45,405 nt of DNA from positions 1-45,405 of the forward strand of contig JBAVJG010000018.1 of NCBI GenBank assembly GCA_049687655.1, written 5' to 3'. The translations under genes were made by a program, and so were the position numbers. Positions 29,846 through 37,654 of this stretch are shown in pieces. Under the pieces are notes generated by a model, which saw only the letters and a program-made list of their open reading frames with translations, was not told the DNA's origin and ran no database searches. Position 1 is the first letter of the stretch. Each line of letters begins with the position of its first letter. Source of the DNA: Anaerolineales bacterium (GTDB lineage Bacteria; Chloroflexota; Anaerolineae; Anaerolineales; Villigracilaceae).

Positions 29846-30214
29846 CTAATAATCAGGAATCTCTTTCTCTTTTTTCTTGGGTTTCTTGCCTGGCAACGCA
29901 CGGATATGCTCAGAATTGACCGGATACCAAAGGATGCGATCCGGTACCATCCAGCCATCGGTCAGGTAAACATCACTACGGAACTGAACCGCAATCATTT
30001 TGTTGTCTATCTGGACAATGATGCCCTTCAGCCAGCCGCGTATGCGATCCTTATCTTTTTCATGATCGCAGTACACTTCGACGGTGTCTCCTACCTCGAA
30101 GGAATGCTCTATATCCGGATCACGCATATAAGAAATTTGTCCCATTCGACCTCCCCGCGTTGAGCGCCGCTTCCTGGAGCCCCGCGAATTCTGATTTGAA
30201 TGTATTGTCGCCAT
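29846..30214 (-). CDS. Hypothetical small basic protein inside the suf operon
   Basis: 122-aa ORF, or 99 aa from the ATG at 30145, which is preceded by GGGGAGG. The central block GDTVEVYCDHEKDKDRIRGWLKGIIVQIDNKMIAVQF looks like a small beta-barrel (Tudor/SH3-like). The tail is Lys-rich. I recognise no family. Confidence 0.45.
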   Translation of the reverse strand: MATIHSNQNSRGSRKRRSTRGGRMGQISYMRDPDIEHSFEVGDTVEVYCDHEKDKDRIRGWLKGIIVQIDNKMIAVQFRSDVYLTDGWMVPDRILWYPVNSEHIRALPGKKPKKKEKEIPDY

Positions 30215-30300
30215 TCTCTGCCTTATTCATTATAGATTATTTCTTGCATTGTGCACAAACATGCACAAAATGGGGTTTTGGTTTTTAGACCGGCAACTCT

Positions 30301-31647
30301 TTATTGAGCCGTCATTTTCTGGAGAATTGCAGTCTGGAACCGTTCCCTTACGCCCTCAAAAGGTATACGCTGCATGATCGGGTCGAAGAAACCTTCCACG
30401 ACCAATCGTTCAGCTTCTTTTTGCGGAATGCCGCGTGATTTCAAATAAAATAGCGGCTCTTCTTCCAGTTTTCCAATGGTCGCGCCATGCGTGCAGCGTA
30501 CATCATCGGCCAGGATCTCCAAACCAGGGATTGAGTCAGCGCGGGCTTGATCACTCAAGACTAGGTTGCGGTTAGCCTGGTAACCGTCCGTTTTTTGCGC
30601 GCCGGGCGCAACGTAAATCATACCCTGCCAGACCGAACGACTCTTGCCCTTGAGCGCGCCTTTGAACAGCAAGTCGCTAGTCGTGTCCGGGGCAAAATGG
30701 TTCTGCTGGGTATCGTGATCGAGGTGCTGTTTGCCATCCGTGAAATAGAATCCGGACATGCGGCCGTTCGATCCCCGACCGGCCAGATCCAATTCTGTAA
30801 AGTTCTTGGTCAGCCGAGAGCCGATAGCGCCGAAGATCCAATCCAGATTGGCATCGCGTTCAACGCGCGCGCGCTCGTGACTGAAATTCCAGACGTGCTT
30901 GCCCCAGGATTGCAACTCAACGAATTTCAAGTTGGCTGCCTGCTCGACTTTGATTTCAACCAAGCCTGCGTGCATTGTGTCGATACCGTCTTCTGTCGGT
31001 GAAGCAGACTCGTGAACATAGGTCACAGAAGCGCCTTCATCCACAAGCACCAGCATATGCGAAACATGAGCAAATGCGCCCGGTCCCCAATAAACGCTAT
31101 GCAGAGGTTGTTCCACCTGCACATTCCGGGGAACGTAGAGCACGACTCCATTCTGAGACAATGCACCTGCCAGAGCAGCGAATTTGCCTTCTTCCGGCTT
31201 GACGACATCTCCGAGAATACGCGCCACCAGTTCCGGGTGTTTTTCCTGTGCAGTTTTCAAGTCGGTGAATATGACGCCTTGTTTGGCAATGGATTCATCC
31301 AAATCAACCTCAACACCGCCAGGCTTTAGCACAATCTGCCCGCCGTGCTGGTCAGCGATCAGGGGTTTGAGCAAGTCATCAGGGACGGATGGCAGGTCTT
31401 TGTATGCGCCCTCCTGTGGCAACACAAATGAGTCGACCGGCAGATTGCGCAGGTCAGTTCGCCGCCAGGGTTCCTCGGTCGTCTTCGGCAAGGATAGGCG
31501 TTTAAACGCGTCCCAGGCCTGGGCCCGGTACGAAGCGAGTGAGTCGTCCTTTAATTCGGGTACATCCGCCTTTGTGAAGGTGAATTCACGTGTGGCTGAA
31601 TCCGTTCGTCTTCTTCTTGATACTACTACTTTAGGTTTGTCTGTCAT
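30301..31647 (-). CDS. sufD: Fe-S cluster assembly protein SufD
   Basis: SufB/SufD beta-helix family. C-terminal block GATIGKLEEEPLFYLKSRGIPQKEAERLVVEGF. Positioned after sufB. Confidence 0.88.
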   Translation of the reverse strand: MTDKPKVVVSRRRRTDSATREFTFTKADVPELKDDSLASYRAQAWDAFKRLSLPKTTEEPWRRTDLRNLPVDSFVLPQEGAYKDLPSVPDDLLKPLIADQHGGQIVLKPGGVEVDLDESIAKQGVIFTDLKTAQEKHPELVARILGDVVKPEEGKFAALAGALSQNGVVLYVPRNVQVEQPLHSVYWGPGAFAHVSHMLVLVDEGASVTYVHESASPTEDGIDTMHAGLVEIKVEQAANLKFVELQSWGKHVWNFSHERARVERDANLDWIFGAIGSRLTKNFTELDLAGRGSNGRMSGFYFTDGKQHLDHDTQQNHFAPDTTSDLLFKGALKGKSRSVWQGMIYVAPGAQKTDGYQANRNLVLSDQARADSIPGLEILADDVRCTHGATIGKLEEEPLFYLKSRGIPQKEAERLVVEGFFDPIMQRIPFEGVRERFQTAILQKMTAQ

Positions 31648-31668
31648 GTATATCTCTTATTACAAAGT

Positions 31669-31755
31669 GTCATTGCGAGGAGCGAAGCGACGCAGCAATC
31701 CCAGAGATACAAGTTACTTGAGATTTCCACGACCCCTTCGGGGTCTCGCAATGAG
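31669..31755. repeat. REP/MITE-like nested palindromic element in the sufB-sufD spacer
   Basis: Outer 10-bp arms tcattgcgag 31670..31679 and ctcgcaatga 31745..31754. The inner hairpin gaccccttcggggtc at 31731..31745 has a TTCG loop. The left arm continues as gagcgaagcgacgcagcaatcc. Confidence 0.6.
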
Positions 31756-31854
31756 AACATACTAGTACCGCAACCATATTAAATTGTAGGGTTAGAATTG
31801 ATTTTGTTCTTCAAAAATCAGCAGAATACTCTACAGCTTAAGGTTGTTGCGGCA

Positions 31855-33261
31855 CTAGCCTATACTACCTTCCATCTGCAACTGGATCAGGCGGTTCATT
31901 TCTACGGCGTATTCCATCGGCAGTTCTTTGACCAATGGCTCGATGAAGCCGGAAACAATCATTGTGGTGGCTTCCTCCTCACTCAGGCCGCGGGACATGA
32001 GATAGAAAAGCTGCTCATCCCCTACCTTGGAAACTGAAGCCTCGTGGCCGATGGTGACATCATCTTCGTCAATTTCGATGTAGGGATAGGTATCTGACTG
32101 TGATTGTGGATCGAGCAGCAACGCATCGCAAACCACGTTGGATTTGACGCCCTTAGCGCCTTTGTAGACCTTGAGCAGACCACGATAGGAGGCACGCCCG
32201 CCAGCCTTGCTGATGGACTTGGAAGTAATCTTGCTGGTGGTGTTGGGTGCAAAGTGATACATCTTGCTACCGGCGTCCTGAGTCTGGCCAGCGCCTGCAA
32301 ACGCCATCGAGAGCATCTCGCCACGCGCACCGGGCTCCATCAAATAGCAGGATGGGTATTTCATGGTTACTTTAGAACCCAGGTTGGCGTCCACCCATTC
32401 GTGCGTACCATTCTCGAATACTTTGGCTCGCTGAGTAACCAGGTTGTAAACGTTGGTAGACCAGTTCTGGATGGTAGTATAACGCGACCGCGCACCTTTC
32501 TTGACTACTATCTCGATCACACCGGAGTGGAACGAGTCGGTGGTATATTGCGGAGCAGTACAGCCTTCTACATAGTGTACCTGCGCGCCTTCGTCAACAA
32601 TGATGAGCGAGCGCTCGAACTGACCGACGTTGGCTATATTCAGGCGGAAGTAAGCCTGCAGGGGCAGGTCTACTTTGACACCTTTGGGCACATACACAAA
32701 GGATCCACCCGACCAGACAGCGCTGTTAAGCGCCGCCAGAGTGTTATCTTCAATCGGGATAACGGTGCCAAAATATTCACGGAACAAATCGGGGTGTTCA
32801 TGCAGGCCGTCTTCAATCGAAAGGAAGATCACACCCTGCTTTTCGAGATGCTCCTGAATGGAGTGATAAACCATTTCCGATTCATACTGCGCTCCCACAC
32901 CCGCCAAAAACTTTTGTTCAGCTTCGGGGATGCCCAGCTTGTTGAAAGTGTTCTTGATGTCATCGGGAACATTGTCCCAGGATTTTTCACTGCCTTGAGT
33001 CGGCTTGACATAGTAAAAAATGTTTTCCAGATCTAGGCCGGAAAGATCCGGTCCCCAGGTGGGCATAGGACGGCTCCGAAAATGCTCATATGCCTTCAGG
33101 CGGAAGTCGAGCATCCAACCCGGCTCGTTCTTCATCTTTGAAATTTGTTCTACAACCTCACGGCTCAAGCCTCTTTCGGCCTTGAAAAAGTAATTTTCTT
33201 CAGAGTCGTGAAAACCGTATTTATATTGTCCAATATCTTCGAGGAGCTTTTCGTCACTCAT
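31855..33261 (-). CDS. sufB: Fe-S cluster assembly scaffold SufB
   Basis: 468 aa. Blocks [27 protein letters not shown] and [20 protein letters not shown] are typical of SufB. Confidence 0.93.
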   Translation of the reverse strand: MSDEKLLEDIGQYKYGFHDSEENYFFKAERGLSREVVEQISKMKNEPGWMLDFRLKAYEHFRSRPMPTWGPDLSGLDLENIFYYVKPTQGSEKSWDNVPDDIKNTFNKLGIPEAEQKFLAGVGAQYESEMVYHSIQEHLEKQGVIFLSIEDGLHEHPDLFREYFGTVIPIEDNTLAALNSAVWSGGSFVYVPKGVKVDLPLQAYFRLNIANVGQFERSLIIVDEGAQVHYVEGCTAPQYTTDSFHSGVIEIVVKKGARSRYTTIQNWSTNVYNLVTQRAKVFENGTHEWVDANLGSKVTMKYPSCYLMEPGARGEMLSMAFAGAGQTQDAGSKMYHFAPNTTSKITSKSISKAGGRASYRGLLKVYKGAKGVKSNVVCDALLLDPQSQSDTYPYIEIDEDDVTIGHEASVSKVGDEQLFYLMSRGLSEEEATTMIVSGFIEPLVKELPMEYAVEMNRLIQLQMEGSIG

Positions 33262-33344
33262 TTTTACCTCTCAAGTTCTGACCGCAAAGTAAGCAGAGTT
33301 ATTTCTCAATAAATCTCTGTGAGCTTTGTGGTCGCTATTGTTAA

Positions 33345-34118
33345 TTACGCTGCTACGTCCTCATACTTTTCGCGCACCCAATCATATCCCTGATCTTCCA
33401 GGTGCAAAGCCAGGTCAGGGCCGCCGGATTCAACAATTTTTCCGTCCAGCATGATGTGGACGAAATTCGGTTTGATGTAATTCAACAGGCGCTGGTAATG
33501 TGTGATGATCAGCACGCCCATGTCCGAACCCATCAAGGCGTTGACGCCATCCGCGACAATGCGTAACGCATCAATATCCAGGCCCGAATCTGTCTCATCC
33601 AATATAGCGATCTCCGGTCTGAGAGCCGCCATCTGCAAAATCTCAGCCCGCTTCTTTTCTCCGCCTGAAAAGCCATCATTTAGATAGCGTCCGGCAACAT
33701 TGTGATCCATTTTGAGCAAAGACATCTGCTCTTTGAGCATCTTACGAAACTCGGGAATCGGCATACCTTTATCTTCCGGGTTTCCAGCCTTACGTCGCGC
33801 ATTGAGCGCGGTACGCAGGAAGTTAGCTACGGTCACACCAGGGATGGCAACCGGATACTGGAACGCCAGGAACAGACCCATACGTGAACGTTCGTCCGGC
33901 GCGAGTTCGAGAATGTTCTCACCTTTGAACCAGGCCTCTCCATCGGTTACTTCGTAGCTGGGGTGTCCCATCAACGTGTAAGCCAGCGTCGACTTGCCCG
34001 TGCCATTGGGACCCATAATGGCATGGATCTCGCCTTGTTTAACTTTTAGGTCAACGCCTTTCAAGATTTCTTTGTTTTCGATATTGACGTGCAGGTTCTT
34101 GATAACCAGCTCAGACAT
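33345..34118 (-). CDS. sufC: Fe-S cluster assembly ATPase SufC
   Basis: Walker A GPNGTGKST, signature FSGGEKKR, Walker B AILDETDSGLD. The ATG at 34118 (MSELVIKNL) is preceded by AAGGAG. Confidence 0.93.
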   Translation of the reverse strand: MSELVIKNLHVNIENKEILKGVDLKVKQGEIHAIMGPNGTGKSTLAYTLMGHPSYEVTDGEAWFKGENILELAPDERSRMGLFLAFQYPVAIPGVTVANFLRTALNARRKAGNPEDKGMPIPEFRKMLKEQMSLLKMDHNVAGRYLNDGFSGGEKKRAEILQMAALRPEIAILDETDSGLDIDALRIVADGVNALMGSDMGVLIITHYQRLLNYIKPNFVHIMLDGKIVESGGPDLALHLEDQGYDWVREKYEDVAA

Positions 34119-34257
34119 GCATACTCCTTGCAAAAAAATCGCCGCCAGGGGGCGGGTGTTGTCACATTATGAATTATAGCAAAGTAGGGGGAATATGTCA
34201 ATATTTATGATATTTTTCTAGTAAATTAATTCTTCAAGATATTCGCATTTCAATGAT

Positions 34258-34314
34258 AGGACTTACGCCCCCCTTATTTTCGGTCTTCCTCCGTATTTTT
34301 GTGTAAGTCCTGAA
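34258..34314 (+). repeat. Structured intergenic repeat, short copy
   Basis: The core at 34268..34314 matches 53..99 at 44 of 47 positions. Outer 9-bp stem aggacttac 34258..34266 with gtaagtcct 34303..34311. Confidence 0.75.
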
Positions 34315-34358
34315 TGAGTTATTGTATACTCAACTTAAATTTGCGTTGGAGGGACTGC

Positions 34359-35267
34359 ATGAATAAAACTTTGAGACGGGTTGGGATCCTGTTTAGTGTT
34401 CTGATCGGGGTGGTCTTTCTCACCAATTTAGGGTTGTATTTTCTAGGGGAATCACGTTTGAAACGTGTATACATCATCCCAAAAGAGTCTGTTTTCGTTC
34501 CTAGCGACGATGAATCTATTACAGAAGGAAAACGCATTTTCCAATATCGCGGTTGCGAAGCCTGTCACGGCGAGCAAGTGGAGGGACTGGTCTATCTTGA
34601 TAATCCTGCTATCGGACAGGTCATCACGCCCAATCTGACTACCGGTATGGGCGGCATCAGTGCGCAGCACACAGACATGGATCTGCTCCGGTCCATCAGG
34701 CATGGCCTCCGCCCCGACGGGACTCCGTTGCTCTTCATGCCCTCGACAGAATTCTATTTCTTGAGCGATATAGATTTAGGCAGGGTGATCGCTTACATCC
34801 GCAGCGTACCGGCGGTGAACAACGAAATGCCGGTCAGCAGGCTTTCGGCCACAGGACGAATCGTGATGAACATCACCGAAGAGATCACTTTCCTGCCAGC
34901 CGAATTGATCCCGCATGATTCGCCACGTCCGGTTTCACCAGAACCCGGCATTACACCCGAGTACGGGGAATATCTGTCCTATTCCTGTAAAGTCTGTCAT
35001 GGGTTGACATTATCAGGTGGGGAGATTCCCGGCTTTCCACCCGAATGGCCTTCGGCTCCAAATTTGACCTCCGGGAGGGGCAGCCGTCTGCCTACCTGGG
35101 GTGAGGAGGGTTTCATTGAGATTATCCGCACCGGGCGAAAACACGGCCGCAGCATCAACCCTGAATACATGCCCTGGGAGTCCTACCGCCATATGACCGA
35201 TGATGAACTGCGTGCAGTATTCCTGTACCTTCAATCGCAACCGCCAAAGGAATTTGGCAATCGCTAA
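34359..35267 (+). CDS. Membrane-anchored dihaem cytochrome c
   Basis: N-terminal hydrophobic anchor and two CXXCH motifs (CEACH, CKVCH). The C-terminal block MPWESYRHMTDDELRAVFLYLQS is typical of class I cytochrome c domains. The ATG at 34359 follows GGAGGG. Confidence 0.8.
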   Translation: MNKTLRRVGILFSVLIGVVFLTNLGLYFLGESRLKRVYIIPKESVFVPSDDESITEGKRIFQYRGCEACHGEQVEGLVYLDNPAIGQVITPNLTTGMGGISAQHTDMDLLRSIRHGLRPDGTPLLFMPSTEFYFLSDIDLGRVIAYIRSVPAVNNEMPVSRLSATGRIVMNITEEITFLPAELIPHDSPRPVSPEPGITPEYGEYLSYSCKVCHGLTLSGGEIPGFPPEWPSAPNLTSGRGSRLPTWGEEGFIEIIRTGRKHGRSINPEYMPWESYRHMTDDELRAVFLYLQSQPPKEFGNR

Positions 35268-35330
35268 TTTTTTCAGACGTCGCCCGTTTATCTGTACAGT
35301 TCCTGATTTTTATGATATTTATCTATAATA

Positions 35331-35359
35331 TTGACAGAGCAAAAAGGGACTGATATACT
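35331..35359 (+). promoter_or_regulatory. Sigma-70-type promoter upstream of the sufR-like gene
   Basis: TTGACA at 35331..35336, a 17-nt spacer, then TATACT at 35354..35359. Confidence 0.55.
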
Positions 35360-35417
35360 CGTATTTAGAAATTGGCAATCATCTTTCCAAATTTGGGAAG
35401 AGGAAAACTGTGAAACT

Positions 35418-36044
35418 ATGAAAAGCACGAGAGATCGCATTCTGCAAACTTTGCTTAAAAAACCTGGGGCGACCATCATTGACCTGGCCGAAGCGGTTGG
35501 GATCAATCCCATTTCCGTACGGCATCACCTCACCAATCTGCAGGTCGAGGGAATGGTCAGCGCGGAAGAGGAACGCCATGGTGTGGGACGTCCGCGCCTG
35601 ATCTACTCTCTTACCGAGCATGGGATGGAGCAATTCCCCACACGCTATCTGCGACTGACCTCGCGCCTGCTGGACCAGTTGAAATCATCCCTGCCGCAAC
35701 CAATGGTTAGCAAGCTGTTTGCCGAAATGGCGACCAGCCTGGCTGATGATTACGCCGATCAGATGCAGGGTCTGAGCATGGAAGAACGTTTGGATTTGAT
35801 CAGCGATCTGCTTGCCGAAGAGGGCTTCACAGTTGAGTGGGAAAAAACGGAAGATCAATATCGAATTCACGAGATCACCTGTCCATACTTGCAAATCGGA
35901 CAGAGTCACCCTGAAGTCTGTACTGTAGACCAGACACTCATCTCGAAGATGTTGGCTGTCCCCGCTGAAAAGGTACAATGCATTCTGGATGGCAGCTCCC
36001 ATTGCACATATGTGGTACAGCCCGCTGCCATGGTTAAAAGTTAA
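35418..36044 (+). CDS. sufR: SufR-like winged-helix regulator with C-terminal Cys cluster
   Basis: N-terminal HTH RDRILQTLLKKPGATIIDLAEAVGINPISVRHHLTNLQVEGMV. Four C-terminal Cys, including a C-x12-C pair. Adjacent and divergent to the suf operon. Confidence 0.65.
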   Translation: MKSTRDRILQTLLKKPGATIIDLAEAVGINPISVRHHLTNLQVEGMVSAEEERHGVGRPRLIYSLTEHGMEQFPTRYLRLTSRLLDQLKSSLPQPMVSKLFAEMATSLADDYADQMQGLSMEERLDLISDLLAEEGFTVEWEKTEDQYRIHEITCPYLQIGQSHPEVCTVDQTLISKMLAVPAEKVQCILDGSSHCTYVVQPAAMVKS

Positions 36045-36055
36045 TAGAGGTAATA

Positions 36056-36412
36056 ATGAGCGAAAACGAAACCAACGAAACTAACGTAATCACATGGTCG
36101 ATTCACGAAACGCATCCGGAACTGGTAGAAACCGTCCGGGAAAAACTGTCAGAAGTGATAGACCCTGAAATTGGAATGAGCATCATCCAGCTTGGTCTGG
36201 TGCGGGAAGTCGAGCTTGAAGATGAGGTCGCGCGGATGAAGATGATCCTGACGACTCCTTTTTGTCCGTATGGCCCGGCAATGATCGATATGACTCGTGA
36301 GAAAGCTGTCGAGGCGTTGAACAGGCCCGTCACCATTGAAATGGGTATGGACCAATGGGATTTTTCGATGATGGAAGACCCCTCTGCACTCGATTGGGGT
36401 ATGTACGCCTGA
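36056..36412 (+). CDS. sufT: SufT / DUF59 (MIP18-family) Fe-S assembly protein
   Basis: Contains VIDPEIGMSIIQLGLV and LTTPFCPYGP, the conserved DUF59 blocks. Confidence 0.8.
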   Translation: MSENETNETNVITWSIHETHPELVETVREKLSEVIDPEIGMSIIQLGLVREVELEDEVARMKMILTTPFCPYGPAMIDMTREKAVEALNRPVTIEMGMDQWDFSMMEDPSALDWGMYA

Positions 36413-36441
36413 TAAAGTAAAAAAAATTCCCTCTTGATAAA

Positions 36442-36472
36442 AAAAGATGCCGCTTTCGAAGCGGCATCTTTT
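36442..36472. terminator. Bidirectional Rho-independent terminator
   Basis: aaaagatgccgc-ttcgaa-gcggcatctttt has an A-run on one side and a T-run on the other. It lies between convergent genes. Confidence 0.85.
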
Positions 36473-36476
36473 GTAT

Positions 36477-37088
36477 TTATTTGTTCTTCTTCCAGTGCAT
36501 CACATGCGGTTTTTCATCTTCGGAAAATCCGGAGAGCACGATGAGCGCGTTGGTCACTGTTCCGCCCGGGTTGCGCCAGCGATGGTTCAGTCGCGCGGCA
36601 AACAATAAACTGTCTCCCGATCCAAGTGTGAAAATCTGCTTTTCTACGTGATACTCTAATTGACCGCGCATACAGAAGACGAACTCGTGCCCGCTGTGGA
36701 TCATGGTATGTGGACCACTATTGGCCCCGTTTTCCAACGTCAGCATAAACGGCTCAACCCGACCAGAAAACTGCTCGCCGCCAAGCCCTTCCCATACCCC
36801 TCTTGAAAAGGGCACCCGGGGCCGTTCCTGAGACGGGATAAAAATAACCTGCTGTTTTGTGGTTTGCTCCCCAAAAAAGGTGGTGATCGGAACGCCCATC
36901 GCATCTGCCAGTTTGTACAACGTACTGACCGAAGGTGAAGTTTTACCGCGTTCAATCATGCTCAAAGCGTTGGCAGATAATCCACTGGCAGTTGCTAACG
37001 CACGCATGGACATATTTCGCTCCTCACGTAATTGTCGTAAGCGCGTTCCAACATCTACCGAGTAAGCTTCTTTGTCGTATATATCCAT
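36477..37088 (-). CDS. XRE-family HTH regulator with C-terminal cupin domain
   Basis: HTH LRQLREERNMSMRALATASGLSANALSMIERGKTSPSVSTLYKLA, and a cupin block HSGHEFVFCMRGQLEY ... GDSLLF. The ATG at 37088 is preceded by AGAGGTGA. Confidence 0.8.
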   Translation of the reverse strand: MDIYDKEAYSVDVGTRLRQLREERNMSMRALATASGLSANALSMIERGKTSPSVSTLYKLADAMGVPITTFFGEQTTKQQVIFIPSQERPRVPFSRGVWEGLGGEQFSGRVEPFMLTLENGANSGPHTMIHSGHEFVFCMRGQLEYHVEKQIFTLGSGDSLLFAARLNHRWRNPGGTVTNALIVLSGFSEDEKPHVMHWKKNK

Positions 37089-37293
37089 AATCACCTCTTT
37101 TTAGTCCAAAATATTATACCGCACAAGAGAAATGCCTTGTTGGGCTATATCACCCATCCTTAGCACATACTTTTTGGAGGATTGATGTAATTTTAATGTG
37201 ACATATATGTGACATTCTTCACTATTGGAACGTTCAACGAAGTAGTATTCTTACAAAAGAATTCTTATATGTGAGTATGCGAATATATACAAT

Positions 37294-37629
37294 ATGGTAT
37301 CACAAACTCTTGCCCAGGAAGTTTCCCAACTTGAAGCGGATCTTTGTTTTGCACTTGCTGATCCAACCCGCATCCTGATTTTGTATGCGCTTGATGAGCA
37401 ATCACTTAATGTAACAGAGATCACCATCGCCTTGGACCTTACCCAACCCACTACCTCGCGTCACTTAAAGATTTTACGAGAGCGTGGTTTGGTTCATACG
37501 GAACGTCAGGGTACAACCATAACGTATCACCTGACAGACAAGCGCTTGATCGAGGCCCTGGATTTGTTAAGAAGTGTCTTGCGCGACAGACTGGCCCACC
37601 GCGCAAGCTTGATTGAAGAAATAGAATAA
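37294..37629 (+). CDS. ArsR/SmtB-family transcriptional regulator
   Basis: LADPTRILILYAL ... NVTEITIALDLTQPTTSRHLKILRERGLV. There is a single Cys (DLCFALAD). No SD is seen, and an A/T-rich -10-like sequence lies directly upstream of the ATG. Confidence 0.85.
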   Translation: MVSQTLAQEVSQLEADLCFALADPTRILILYALDEQSLNVTEITIALDLTQPTTSRHLKILRERGLVHTERQGTTITYHLTDKRLIEALDLLRSVLRDRLAHRASLIEEIE

Positions 37630-37654
37630 ACCGAACAAGGAGAACTGCCACGTA

